The position numbers and the translations under genes are program-made. From an uncultured Armatimonadia bacterium (GTDB lineage: Bacteria; Armatimonadota; Zipacnadia; CAVVLO01): a DNA stretch of 64,000 nucleotides. Location of the stretch: NCBI GenBank assembly GCA_963749155.1, contig CAVVLO010000002.1, positions 1,555,708 to 1,619,707 on the forward strand, written 5' to 3'. This document shows, one piece after another, positions 1-9,935 of the stretch (positions are counted from its first letter, which is position 1; each line of letters starts with the position of its first letter). Under the pieces are notes generated by a model. That model saw nothing but the letters and a program-made list of their open reading frames with translations, made no database searches and had not been told where the DNA came from.

Positions 1-1791
1 GCCCAGTTGCTGGTCGGGTGGGAGTTCTATCGAAGCGCTTTCAAAGCTGCGCTGAGCCGGACTTCGAATATGGACACGCTGGTCGCGCTGGGCGCCACTG
101 CGGCCTATCTCTATTCCGTCTGGGCGGTCTGGGCAGGAGAGCAGCAGCTCTATTTCGATGGCGCAATCGGCGTGATGTCTATCGTGCTGGTAGGCAGGAC
201 GCTTGAAGCTTTTGCAACTGGCAGGGCAAGTGGCGCGCTCAAAGCCTTGATGAAGCTTGCGCCCAAGCAGGCCAGCCTGCTTACCGCCGAGGGAGAACAG
301 GTGGTTGCGGCAGAGCTGCTCGAGCCTGGTCAGCGAGTTCGTCTGCGGCCTGGGGAGACCGTGCCAGTAGATAGTCGCGTGGTCGAGGGCGAGAGCACGG
401 TGGACGAATCGAGCCTCACTGGCGAATCCATACCCATCTCTAAGGTACCCGGCGATGAGGTGCTGGCAGGTACACTCAACCAGACAGGCGCCCTGGTGCT
501 GGAAGTCATGCGTCCGGCAAGTGAGTCTTTCATCAGCCAGATGCAACGACTTGTACGCGAGGCCCAGAGCTCCAAACCGCCCATCCAGCGACTGGCAGAC
601 CGCGTGGCAGCCGTTTTCGTGCCGGTGATGCTTGCAATCGCAGCGGTCACTTTTCTCGCCTGGGTTGGTTATGGGAGGTTAACCGGAGCCGAAGCTATAT
701 TGCGCGTGGCGCTTATCAACGCGGTCTCGGTTTTGGTGGTCGCCTGTCCTTGCGCTTTGGGGCTTGCCACGCCTGTTGCCGTGGTGGTCGCTCTTGGCAA
801 CGCGGCCAGGATGGGCCTGCTGCTGCGCGATGCAGGTGTGATCGAACGCACAGTCGCGCTGAACGCTATCGCCTTCGACAAGACAGGCACCTTGACCGTC
901 GGTCATCCCACCTTGCAGGAGATCGTCCCCTTCGGGGCTGAGCGAGTCGAGGCGCTTGCCGTGGCAGCCGCGCTTGAAGTGAATTCTGAACATCCTCTTG
1001 CGAAGGCTGTGGTTGAGCAAGCCAGGCGCGAAGAGGTCGCTTTCAAGCCATCAAAAGAATTCGAGGCGCTTAGTGGTCGCGGGGCGAAGGCCAAACTCGA
1101 GGGAACCGAGTTGTTGGTCGGCAGCCTCAGGTTGCTTGGCGAGCAAGGAGTGGAAGGCCTTGAAGGAGCAAAGGCAGCTTATGAGCGGCTTGCTTTGGAA
1201 GGGATGAGCGTTGCGGGGCTTGCCCGAGGGGGCCAACTGCTCGCGCTGCTTGGATTTCGTGATGAGTTGAAGCCCGAGGCGCCGGAGGTCCTTTCTGCCT
1301 TGCGCGCCAGAGGCCTTGCAACCTATATGCTGACTGGAGATAGCGAAGCCACAGGGATTGCACTCGGGCAGGCGGCAGGCGTAGACCAGGTGATGGCCCG
1401 GCTGCTGCCCGAGGAGAAAGTCCAGCGGATTGCCGAGTTGCAGGCCGAAGGCAAACGGGTCGCAATGGTTGGCGATGGAGTTAACGACGCCGCGGCACTT
1501 GCCCAGGCAGACCTGGGGATTGCCGTGGCCACTGGCACCGAAGTCGCCATTGAAGCGGCGCAGGTTACGCTGATCGCAAAAAGCCTCGAACCCGTCGAAA
1601 AGCTCTTCTCGCTTGCCGAAGTGACACTCAGAATCATAAAGCAGAACCTGTTCTGGGCCTTTGGCTATAACCTCGTGCTGGTGCCTGCCGCCGCTTTTGG
1701 GGTACTTACCCCGATGCTGGCTGCAACCTTTATGGCGCTCAGCTCTCTGGTAGTAGTGGGGAACGCCTTGCGATTGAAAGGCTGGAAGTAG
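1..1791 (+). CDS. copA: Heavy-metal (Cu+-type) P1B ATPase, 5' truncated by the window
   Basis: Motifs TGES, CPCALGLA, DKTGT, HPLA, GDGVND, YN and MALSS. Confidence 0.9.
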   Translation, partial: AQLLVGWEFYRSAFKAALSRTSNMDTLVALGATAAYLYSVWAVWAGEQQLYFDGAIGVMSIVLVGRTLEAFATGRASGALKALMKLAPKQASLLTAEGEQVVAAELLEPGQRVRLRPGETVPVDSRVVEGESTVDESSLTGESIPISKVPGDEVLAGTLNQTGALVLEVMRPASESFISQMQRLVREAQSSKPPIQRLADRVAAVFVPVMLAIAAVTFLAWVGYGRLTGAEAILRVALINAVSVLVVACPCALGLATPVAVVVALGNAARMGLLLRDAGVIERTVALNAIAFDKTGTLTVGHPTLQEIVPFGAERVEALAVAAALEVNSEHPLAKAVVEQARREEVAFKPSKEFEALSGRGAKAKLEGTELLVGSLRLLGEQGVEGLEGAKAAYERLALEGMSVAGLARGGQLLALLGFRDELKPEAPEVLSALRARGLATYMLTGDSEATGIALGQAAGVDQVMARLLPEEKVQRIAELQAEGKRVAMVGDGVNDAAALAQADLGIAVATGTEVAIEAAQVTLIAKSLEPVEKLFSLAEVTLRIIKQNLFWAFGYNLVLVPAAAFGVLTPMLAATFMALSSLVVVGNALRLKGWK

Positions 1792-1845
1792 CAGGGCTAC
1801 CTTCCGAGGACGCGAAGTCCATCTCACCAAACAAAGGGGACGCCC

Positions 1846-3766
1846 GTGAAGAGGCTGATTCTGGTGGCACTCGTATTTCTTGCGACCTATTCTGTGGCTG
1901 GCGCGGCTGCAGAGCAAGGCAAACCGCCCACTGTGCTGATGGGCAACCTCAGTGTGGGTTATCTCCAGTGGGTGGTCGCAGGCCGGCAAGGCGATCCGCC
2001 CCCGCTCGATTATGCGACTCCAGAAGCCCTGGCCGAACTCAAAGCAGCCGGCGTGACCTCCATCGAGGATTACATCACCTTCCTGGCCGCCTCACCCATC
2101 GAAGAGCGCCTCGATTTCGGCTATTACCGGCGCAATGCCGAGGTGCTCGAGGCCGCGGGGATGGAATACACTGTCTATCCCTGGCTGCATTTCGTGCCCC
2201 CCTGGTTCGAGACTTCGGGCAAGTATTTCCCCTATGAGTGCCTTGAGCATAACGAGGCGACTTTCTCGACCAGCATCTGGGCGCCTCAGACCCTTGATTT
2301 ATGGGACTGGTTTTACAGTGAACTCGCTCGCCAGCTCGGAAGCCACATCAAAGGTGTCTACCTGGGGATGCCGGCCGATTATGGCGAGGTCGGGATGCCC
2401 GTCGGGATGACCGACTGGCTAGTGCCGGAAAGGCATTTCCACAGGGGTTTCTGGTGCGGAGACCGGTACGCAAGGCGCGCCTGGGTAAAGTGGCTCGAAA
2501 CCACCTACGAGGAAGTTGCAGTCTTGAATGAAGCCTGGGGCGAGGACTTTATCGACTTCAACGAGGTCGAGTATCCAGGCTCTCCTGAAGAGGGCCGGCA
2601 GCGCTGGCTCGATTTCATCTCCTTCTATATGGACAGCGAACTGGACTTTTTGACCCAGGCAACTGGCGTGGTGCGCAAGCATTTTGGGAAGGAGTTGCCT
2701 CTCCAGATCAAGCTGGGGTATGGAGGCGAGTTCGTAGAGTATGGCGTGGACAATGGCGCCACTTGCAAGCTGGCTGCCCAGCTCGGCATCACCGTGCGTT
2801 CGACCCATGGCAAGCTGCCTTACTATTTCGCAAAGCGCATCTCGACCCCATGCAAGTTTTATCAGGCGGAATACCTGACCGAGCCACCTTCCAACGTTGA
2901 CAGGCGAGAGGAGGTCTGGCGGCTCTTCTCGGACGCCTCAACAGGCGCCAGGGTGTATTTCGATTATCCTCAGAACATCAAACCTGCGGCAGACCTGCTT
3001 GCCGAGTATGGCTTCCTGCTGACTGGAGAACAGCCACTTGTCTCTGTTGCGGTGCTCTTCCCGACCACCGACCACCGCCTGAAGCCCGACCAGGCCAATC
3101 CGCCCAAACTGCTAGAGGTCGCCAATGGGCTACGCGAATTCGTGGACTGGGATGTCGTGGACGAGCAGCTGGTGCTCGACGGCGCGCTTGAGAACTATCA
3201 AGGTACTGGTCTGGCCCGAGGGCAAGGTGATACAGGTAGAGGCGCAAGAGAAAATTGCCAAGTGGCTGCGTAGTGGGGGCATCCTGCTTAAAGGCTTCGA
3301 AGAGCCCGCTGAAGCTGTCAGCGGTGATGCTCACACCTGGAATATAGTCGAGTCGGCCATCTCAACCGAGGTAGAGCTGCCCGGTTTCAAGGTCGTCATC
3401 AAGCCCTATGGCAAAGGTGCGACGGTGGTTCTGCCTTCAACGGGCGAAGCCGCGACCCAGGTTCTCCTCGCCCTCGAGGAAGGCCGACTGGGATCGTTTG
3501 CCGCGCGCCCTGTGATGCTGGACCATCAGGCTGATAGAGTGCTGGTGACACTGTTCGCTGACCGAGTGCTGCTGTACAACGCAAGCGATGCGCCCGTAGT
3601 CAAGCACCTGGAGCTTGAACAAACGCGCCTGAAGGCCCTCGGAGTCAAGTCGCCGGGGAAGAGACTGCCTGGTGAAGTGACACTGGCGCCTCATTCCATG
3701 GCGCTTGTATACTTGAATAAGGGCGATATCTTCTCAGGCAAGAGCGCTGATATGGGAGGGAGCTAA
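1846..3766 (+). CDS. Secreted GH42/GH14-like glycoside hydrolase; apparent frameshift near 3199
   Basis: Signal peptide; 'WLETTY..VAVLNEAWG' motif; ORF 3125-3766 continues the C-terminal domain (KVLVWPEG) in another frame. Confidence 0.6.
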
Positions 3767-3768
3767 TA

Positions 3769-4629
3769 GTGAGCCTTCACCTTTCGTTTATGGCAGAGGC
3801 CTATATCGGCAACCGCGAGCTAATCCTTACAATAAAGCGACATTTTGATGAGGCTTTCGACAACTGGTCCTTGATACTGGAAGCCGACCAGCCTCCGATG
3901 AAACGCTGGGAAGATTTTTTGGATACGGCTGCCTGGCTTGAGAAGGAGGGCATACGCTTCCTGCTCGATGGGCTGCAATATTCAAAGCCCCGGGGCACTC
4001 GTGACTATGAACTCCTGGTCTCCTCACAGCTTGCCCAACTGCGGGAAGCAGCCCCGAAAAGCTGGCTGGGACTGCGCGCGTATACTCCCCTCGATACTCG
4101 CCTCAGCGCCCCCGAATACTTTGTTGAGGCTTTCGAATACTGCAACCGCGAGCAGTTGGCAGTCCACGTGGTACTTCATCGGCATGCTTTTTTTGCCGAG
4201 GGCTGGCGCGAAGCTCTACTGCTTTATATGACCGATAATTGGGCAGTGCTTCACGAGGGGATGGAAGGCAACTACCTGTTCGAGGATTCGGCTGATTATC
4301 TGGCCGAATTCGCCAAAGAACAGTCGCTAAAACACTGGGGCCAGTCCCTGGTCGCCCACCAGGTGGAGCTCAGATGGGAGACCGCCAAGCTGGATATTGA
4401 AACCTGGCTCAGTGTTGAGTTAGCCGAGGGCGCCTCGGTCTTCCATTTTGTTCCGCTGTCCGCTTTCGTTACGGGGGATGAGTTGAAGCCTCTGCCGACA
4501 GACCTTCATGGTTGGCCAAAACTCGATTTCGAGAAGCTCTACAAGCCAGGTTCGGAGCTGCGCCTTTCTCCACTTGGCAAGGTACTGGCCAGCAGTAAAA
4601 GCCGTCGAACCCGAACCAATCCACGTTAA
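3769..4629 (+). CDS. Hypothetical protein
   Basis: 286 aa ORF tightly packed in the same-strand run; no motif recognised. Confidence 0.6.
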   Translation: MSLHLSFMAEAYIGNRELILTIKRHFDEAFDNWSLILEADQPPMKRWEDFLDTAAWLEKEGIRFLLDGLQYSKPRGTRDYELLVSSQLAQLREAAPKSWLGLRAYTPLDTRLSAPEYFVEAFEYCNREQLAVHVVLHRHAFFAEGWREALLLYMTDNWAVLHEGMEGNYLFEDSADYLAEFAKEQSLKHWGQSLVAHQVELRWETAKLDIETWLSVELAEGASVFHFVPLSAFVTGDELKPLPTDLHGWPKLDFEKLYKPGSELRLSPLGKVLASSKSRRTRTNPR

Positions 4630-4650
4630 GACTAGCTGGGAGGAATCTGT

Positions 4651-5931
4651 ATGCGTTATCTGGTACTTGTAGTCTCGCTTTTGATTTGCTTTTCAATGAC
4701 GTCCTGGGCTCAGGGGGGAACCAATTTGACACAGGCAGGCCAAACCGTTTGGAACGCTTTCGACTTTGGCGCCATACCCGACGGTAAGACTGACGCAACG
4801 CCGGCCATCCAGGCCGCGCTGGACGCTTGCGCGGCAGCAGGAGGAGGCCAGGTGGTGCTGCCGGCTGGCACCTATTTCACCACAGGGACGCTAAAAGTCG
4901 CCCCTCATGTCGAGTTCGTCGGCGCGGCGCGGATCCTCGATGGCGCAGGCGAAGGCACCATCCTGCTGGTTACGAACCGGGAGGCGCCTTTTGTCACGCT
5001 CAACTCCAGATGCGCGGTCGAGTATATGGAGTTCCGTTATCCGGAGCAGCCCGAGGCGCCCCCTTATATCGAATACCCCTGGACCATCGACTGCAAGGGA
5101 GATAACTGCCAGGTTATCGGTATCTCACTGCCCAACTCCTACGATGGCATCCAGCTTGTTGGCGCTGGCAGGCATCTGGTGCGCGATGTGCACGGTTGCC
5201 CCCACCATATTGGTATCTACGTGGACCAGATTTACGATGTGGGGCGGATAGAGAACGTCCATTTCTGGCCTTTTGCGGGAGTATTCCGTCCCGAAGAACC
5301 GCGCTGGCAGTGGATTAGCGAGCATGGCGAGGCCTTCATCATTGGCCGGACCGACTGGCAGTATATCTACAACTGTTTCGTCTTCGGCTACAACGTTGGT
5401 TACCACTTCATAAAGACCGAAGCTGGCGCCTGCAATGGCAACTTCGTAGGGCTCGGAGCCGATTACAGCCGGACCGCGGCGGTGCTGGTGGACGATTGCT
5501 GGATGTATGGACTGTTGTTCATAAACGGGCAGTTTGTAGCCGTACCTGGCGACGATCCGACAGCGGTCAAAGTCAGCGCGACCAATACCGGCACGGTCAA
5601 CTTCACCAACTGCGCCTCCTGGGGTTCTTTCAACCAGATTGCAAACATCGAAGGGAAGGGCTTCGTCTCTTTCAACAACTGCAACTTTATGCACTGGGAC
5701 AAGAATAAGCGTAACAGGGCAGCTATTCGCGTGGCAGGGGGGAATCTCACGGTCACAGGGTGCCAGTTTATGATGCCGATGAGGAAGAACTCTCCCCAGG
5801 TGAGCATCGAGCAGGGCGCCCAGGCTGTGACGATTGGACTGAACACTTCCGAGACACCCTGGAACATAAAGAACACGAGCGATATCGAGCCTGAAGTCGG
5901 GCTCAACAGCGCTCGCAAGCCAGCCGAGTAA
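4651..5931 (+). CDS. Secreted beta-helix protein (Pectate_lyase_3/GH28-related), copy 1
   Basis: Signal peptide; 'DFGAIPDGKTDATPAIQAALD..GGGQVVLPAGTY'; Asn/Cys ladder. Confidence 0.8.
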   Translation: MRYLVLVVSLLICFSMTSWAQGGTNLTQAGQTVWNAFDFGAIPDGKTDATPAIQAALDACAAAGGGQVVLPAGTYFTTGTLKVAPHVEFVGAARILDGAGEGTILLVTNREAPFVTLNSRCAVEYMEFRYPEQPEAPPYIEYPWTIDCKGDNCQVIGISLPNSYDGIQLVGAGRHLVRDVHGCPHHIGIYVDQIYDVGRIENVHFWPFAGVFRPEEPRWQWISEHGEAFIIGRTDWQYIYNCFVFGYNVGYHFIKTEAGACNGNFVGLGADYSRTAAVLVDDCWMYGLLFINGQFVAVPGDDPTAVKVSATNTGTVNFTNCASWGSFNQIANIEGKGFVSFNNCNFMHWDKNKRNRAAIRVAGGNLTVTGCQFMMPMRKNSPQVSIEQGAQAVTIGLNTSETPWNIKNTSDIEPEVGLNSARKPAE

Positions 5932-5967
5932 GGCAATAAAATAAAAAGTGAGAAGGGAGGGACCTCC

Positions 5968-7230
5968 GTGCGCTTTATAAGTGCAGGGATTGCGCTGCTG
6001 ATTGCCTTGTCAGCGTTAGTCCTGGCTCAGGGAGAAACCGAAATGCCACAGACCGGCCAGACAGTATGGAATGTTTCCGATTTCGGCGCCATGCCCGATG
6101 GGAAAACTGACTCAACTGCGGCCATCCAGGCCGCACTGGACGCTTGCGCGGCAGCAGGCGGGGGCAAGGTGGTACTGCCGGCAGGCAGTTACTTCACCTC
6201 GGGAACACTGAAAGTCGCCCCTCATGTCCAGTTTTCCGGCGCAGCGCGCATTCTCGATGGCGCAGGAGAAAGCTCTGTCCTGCTGGTTACGAACAAAGCA
6301 GAGCCCTTCCTCACCCTCAACTCCAGGTGCTCGGTCGAGTATATGGAGTTCAGGTATCCCGAGCAGTCAGACAAGCCCCCTTTCACCGAATATCCCTGGG
6401 CTATCGACTGCAAGGGCGATAACTGCCAGATAATCGGGTTGTCGTTATTCAATCCATACGATGCTATCCGCCTGGTAGGCGCGGGCAGGCATCTGGTGCG
6501 CGATGTACACGGCAGCCCCCACCATATAGGCATCTACGTGGACCAGATCTACGATGTGGGGCGGATAGAGAACGTCCATTTCTGGCCTTTCTCCCCTGGC
6601 CCTTACGGCCAGGACTCTTACAGCGCGGCCTTCGTATTTGGCCGGACCGACTGGCAGTATGTGGCCAACTGCTTTTCCTGGGGCTACAACATCGGTTACC
6701 ACTTTATCCGGACCGAGTCAGGCGGCTGCAACGGCAACTTCGTAGGGCTGGGCGCCGACTGGTGCCGGACAGCTGTGCAAATTGATGACTGCGCGCCTTA
6801 CGGCCTGTTGTTTTTAAACGGGCAATTCGTGGCGGTGCCGGGCGATGATCCCACGGCGATCAAGATCGGCAAGGCGAATACTGGGACTGTAAGCTTCGTT
6901 AACTGCTCGGCATGGGGGGCTTTCAACCACGTCGCAGAGGTTGAGGGTACGGGATTTGTTTCCTTCAACAACTTCAACTTTAGCTGCTGGGACAGAGAAA
7001 CGAAGGGGCTCGCGGCGGTCAGGGCGGCTGGCGGCAATGTGCAGGTGACAGGTTGCCAGTTCAGGTCGCCAAATCCCACAGCGCCTCAGGTCAGCATCGA
7101 ACCAGGCGCGCAGGCAGTGACTGTTGGATTGAACACCTCGGACACCCCCTGGAACATCCAGAACACGAGCGCCATCGTGCCTGAAGTCGGGCTCAACAGC
7201 GCGCGAATACCTGCCCCTCAGCCAGACTAG
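5968..7230 (+). CDS. Secreted beta-helix protein, copy 2
   Basis: Same motifs; long stretches nearly identical to copy 1 in DNA and protein. Confidence 0.8.
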   Translation: MRFISAGIALLIALSALVLAQGETEMPQTGQTVWNVSDFGAMPDGKTDSTAAIQAALDACAAAGGGKVVLPAGSYFTSGTLKVAPHVQFSGAARILDGAGESSVLLVTNKAEPFLTLNSRCSVEYMEFRYPEQSDKPPFTEYPWAIDCKGDNCQIIGLSLFNPYDAIRLVGAGRHLVRDVHGSPHHIGIYVDQIYDVGRIENVHFWPFSPGPYGQDSYSAAFVFGRTDWQYVANCFSWGYNIGYHFIRTESGGCNGNFVGLGADWCRTAVQIDDCAPYGLLFLNGQFVAVPGDDPTAIKIGKANTGTVSFVNCSAWGAFNHVAEVEGTGFVSFNNFNFSCWDRETKGLAAVRAAGGNVQVTGCQFRSPNPTAPQVSIEPGAQAVTVGLNTSDTPWNIQNTSAIVPEVGLNSARIPAPQPD

Positions 7231-7239
7231 CCTGGACAC

Positions 7240-7272
7240 GGAGCCAGGTCAGTTTTCCTATGGCCTGGCTCC
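7240..7272. terminator. Hairpin after beta-helix copy 2, possible terminator
   Basis: GGAGCCAGGTCA...TGGCCTGGCTCC inverted repeat; no clear U-tract. Confidence 0.35.
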
Positions 7273-7348
7273 GCCTACAAAAATATTTCGGAAAGCCTTC
7301 TCAAAAGGAACAAAAGGGGTTGCCTTCCTGTTGGCAATTTAGTAATAT

Positions 7349-7370
7349 ATACCCATACGGGTATGGGTAT
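7349..7370. promoter_or_regulatory. CsoR/CstR-family operator-like palindrome
   Basis: Perfect ATACCCATAC-GG-GTATGGGTAT containing TACCC-N4-GGGTA, in an AT-rich promoter region. Confidence 0.75.
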
Positions 7371-7403
7371 GTGTTAATGACACTGGCTCGGGGAGGAGTC
7401 CTG

Positions 7404-9102
7404 ATGTCCGCTGACCATGACGCTAACAAAGTGAAAGAAACCGAAGTCCTCATCATCGGGGGAGTAGCCGCTGGCACGAAGGCCTGCGCCAAAGCCAAGC
7501 GTCAGAAGCCAGAACTCGATATCACCCTGGTCACCGAGGACACGCATATCTCCTATGCGGGCTGCGGACTGGCTTATTACATCGGCAACCTTATTGACGA
7601 TGCGAGCAAGCTGATGGTCAGGACGCCCGAGACTTTCGAGGAAGACACCGGCGTCAACGTGCTCACACGCAATCGTGTCACCGCGCTTGACCTGGACGCC
7701 AAACTGGCCACCGTGCTGGACCTCAAGCATGATGAGACTTATCAGATTCACTATGACAAACTGGTAATCGCAACTGGCGCCAGGCCCATAATGCCGCCTC
7801 TTCCAGGTATCAACCTGGACGGAGTCTCACCTCTGCGTACTCTGATGGACGCAATGAAAGTGCGGCAGGCGCTGGATGAAGGCAAAATCAAGAAAGCCGT
7901 CGTTATCGGCGGCGGTTATATAGGCGTCGAAGTGGCCGAGAACCTCGTCCACAGGGGCGTTGAGACAGTCCTCGTAGAGCTTATGCCCCACGTGCTTCCC
8001 AACTTTGATGACGATGTCGCGATGATGGTGCAGCGTGAGATGGAAGACCAGGGGGTAAAGGTCTTCTGCAACACGAAAGCCGAGGCCATACTGGGCAATG
8101 AGAAAGGCCATGCCACAGGAGTAAAGACTACCGCAGGCGAGTTCGAAGCCGACTTGGTCATCGTCGCTGTTGGGGTTCGCCCCAATGTGCAGCTTGCGAA
8201 AGAGGCTGGCCTCGAGCTGGGGCCAACCGGCGCAATCAAGGTAAACGACCGGATGGAGACCAGCGCGCCAGGCGTTTTTGCTGCTGGCGACTGTGCGGAA
8301 AGCACGCATAGTCTCACAGGGCAGGCTTTCTGGGCGCCGCTTGGATCGGTCGCCAACAAACAGGGTCGCACTGTCGGCATCAATCTGGCTGGCGGCGATG
8401 ACAGGCAGCCCGGAGTGCTCGGTTCGATGATTGTGAAAGTGTTTGATTTCAACTGCGGACGCACCGGGCTTTCAGTAGAGCAAGCGGCTGAAGTCGGCAT
8501 TGAAGCCGTCAGTGTTACCGTCCCAACTCACGATATCGCGCATTATTATCCAGGCTCTCACGATATCATCATCCGCCTGACGGCCGAGAAAGCAACGGGC
8601 AGGCTGCTTGGCGCCTATGTGATTGGTCAGGGCGTGGTGGACAAGACACTGGATACGATAATCACCGCAATCAGCCTGGGCGCCACAACAGAGCAACTTG
8701 CGAAACTCGACCTCGCCTACGCGCCGCCCTATTCAATGGCCATCAGCGCTCCTCTGGTGGCTGCCAATGTGATGCAACGCAAGCTGGAGGGCGGCATCGA
8801 AGGGATTACGGCGCATCAACTGCAAAACAAACTGCAATCCGATCCGGACAATTTCTGCCTGATTGATGTGCGCGACGAGCTGTCCAATATGGTCAGGAGC
8901 ATCCCCGGTTCGGTGTGCATCCCGCTGGAGGAGCTGCCTGAGCGACTGAGTGAGCTACCAGCCGACAAGGGAGCTAGTGGTTAGCTGTAATATCGGGTAC
9001 AAGTCCACCAAGGCCTGCGCGCTGCTGCGCAGCAAGCAAATCGGTACAAGCGTGAAATCTCTCGACGGCGGCATCAACGCCTGGCCGTACGAGACCGAAT
9101 AG
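7404..9102 (+). CDS. CoA-disulfide/persulfide reductase with C-terminal rhodanese; apparent frameshift at GGG 8969-8971
   Basis: IIGGVAAG, SYAGCG, GGGYIG, LDLAYAPP; removing one G restores the rhodanese tail ELVVSCNIGYKS...SLDGGINAW. Confidence 0.85.
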
Positions 9103-9113
9103 GAGTGAGGGAG

Positions 9114-9338
9114 ATGGCAGAGCAGAAGCTGGATTGTAGAGGAATGCAGTGCCCAGGTCCGATTATGGCGGTAGCCAAGGCCCTGAAAGAGGCTGCGGTC
9201 GGCGATGAACTGGTAGTCGAGGTCACCGAGAAGTCGTTCGCCAAGGATGTAGAGTCACTGTGCAAGAAGCTGGGGCAAGAACTTGTCTCACTCGATAAGG
9301 GCGACACCGTTGTGGCCCGCATTAAAAAAGTGAAGTGA
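9114..9338 (+). CDS. TusA/SirA-family sulfur carrier
   Basis: LDCRGMQCPGP motif, about 74 aa. Confidence 0.9.
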   Translation: MAEQKLDCRGMQCPGPIMAVAKALKEAAVGDELVVEVTEKSFAKDVESLCKKLGQELVSLDKGDTVVARIKKVK

Positions 9339-9343
9339 TAGAG

Positions 9344-9820
9344 ATGGAAGGCCAAAAAAACACTATCGTCGTGTTCAGCGGCGATATGGACAAAGTTATG
9401 GCGGCTTTGGTCATAGGCTCGACTTCGGCTGCAATGGGCGATGAGGTGGTGCTCTTCTTCACCTTCTGGGGCATAAACGCCTTGCGCAAGGAGAAGCCGC
9501 CCAGGCTGCACAAGAAGCTGCTGCATAAAATGTTTGGCTGGATGATGCCACGCGGCATCAAGAAGCTGGCTCTCTCCAAGATGCAGATGCTGGGGATGGG
9601 TAAAGCCTTTATGAACCGCGCAATGGCGATGGCCGGCGTGGACACCCCTGCCCAGATGCTCGAACAGGCCCAGGCTGCCGGCGTGAAGCTTTATGCCTGC
9701 GAGATGTCTATGCAAGTTATGGGCATCCAGCCGGAGGAGCTAATCGACGGGGTTGAGCTGGCTGGAGCTGCGACCTATCTGTTCGAAGCCTCCGAAGGCC
9801 GAATCAACCTTTTCGTGTAA
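9344..9820 (+). CDS. DsrE/DsrF/DrsH-like (YrkE-type) protein
   Basis: SGDMDK, FFTFWG, ACEMSM, GAATYL motifs. Confidence 0.9.
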   Translation: MEGQKNTIVVFSGDMDKVMAALVIGSTSAAMGDEVVLFFTFWGINALRKEKPPRLHKKLLHKMFGWMMPRGIKKLALSKMQMLGMGKAFMNRAMAMAGVDTPAQMLEQAQAAGVKLYACEMSMQVMGIQPEELIDGVELAGAATYLFEASEGRINLFV

Positions 9821-9842
9821 GTAACCAAGTATAAAGTTCTGT

Positions 9843-9879
9843 AAAAAGCCCGGCGCAAAGGCGCTGGGCTTTTTCTTTT
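9843..9879 (+). terminator. Intrinsic terminator
   Basis: AAAAAGCCCGGCGC-aaag-GCGCTGGGCTTTTT followed by T-rich run. Confidence 0.8.
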
Positions 9880-9935
9880 GCAGGGATGAGGCGCAAGCTT
9901 GCGAACTAGCCGCCAGAACTAAAGGAGGGAGCTCA

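Noticed and set aside
7260..7403. N-terminal extension of the reductase ORF containing YPYGYGY
   Set aside because: It is a translation of the promoter and operator; a GGAGGAG RBS precedes ATG 7404
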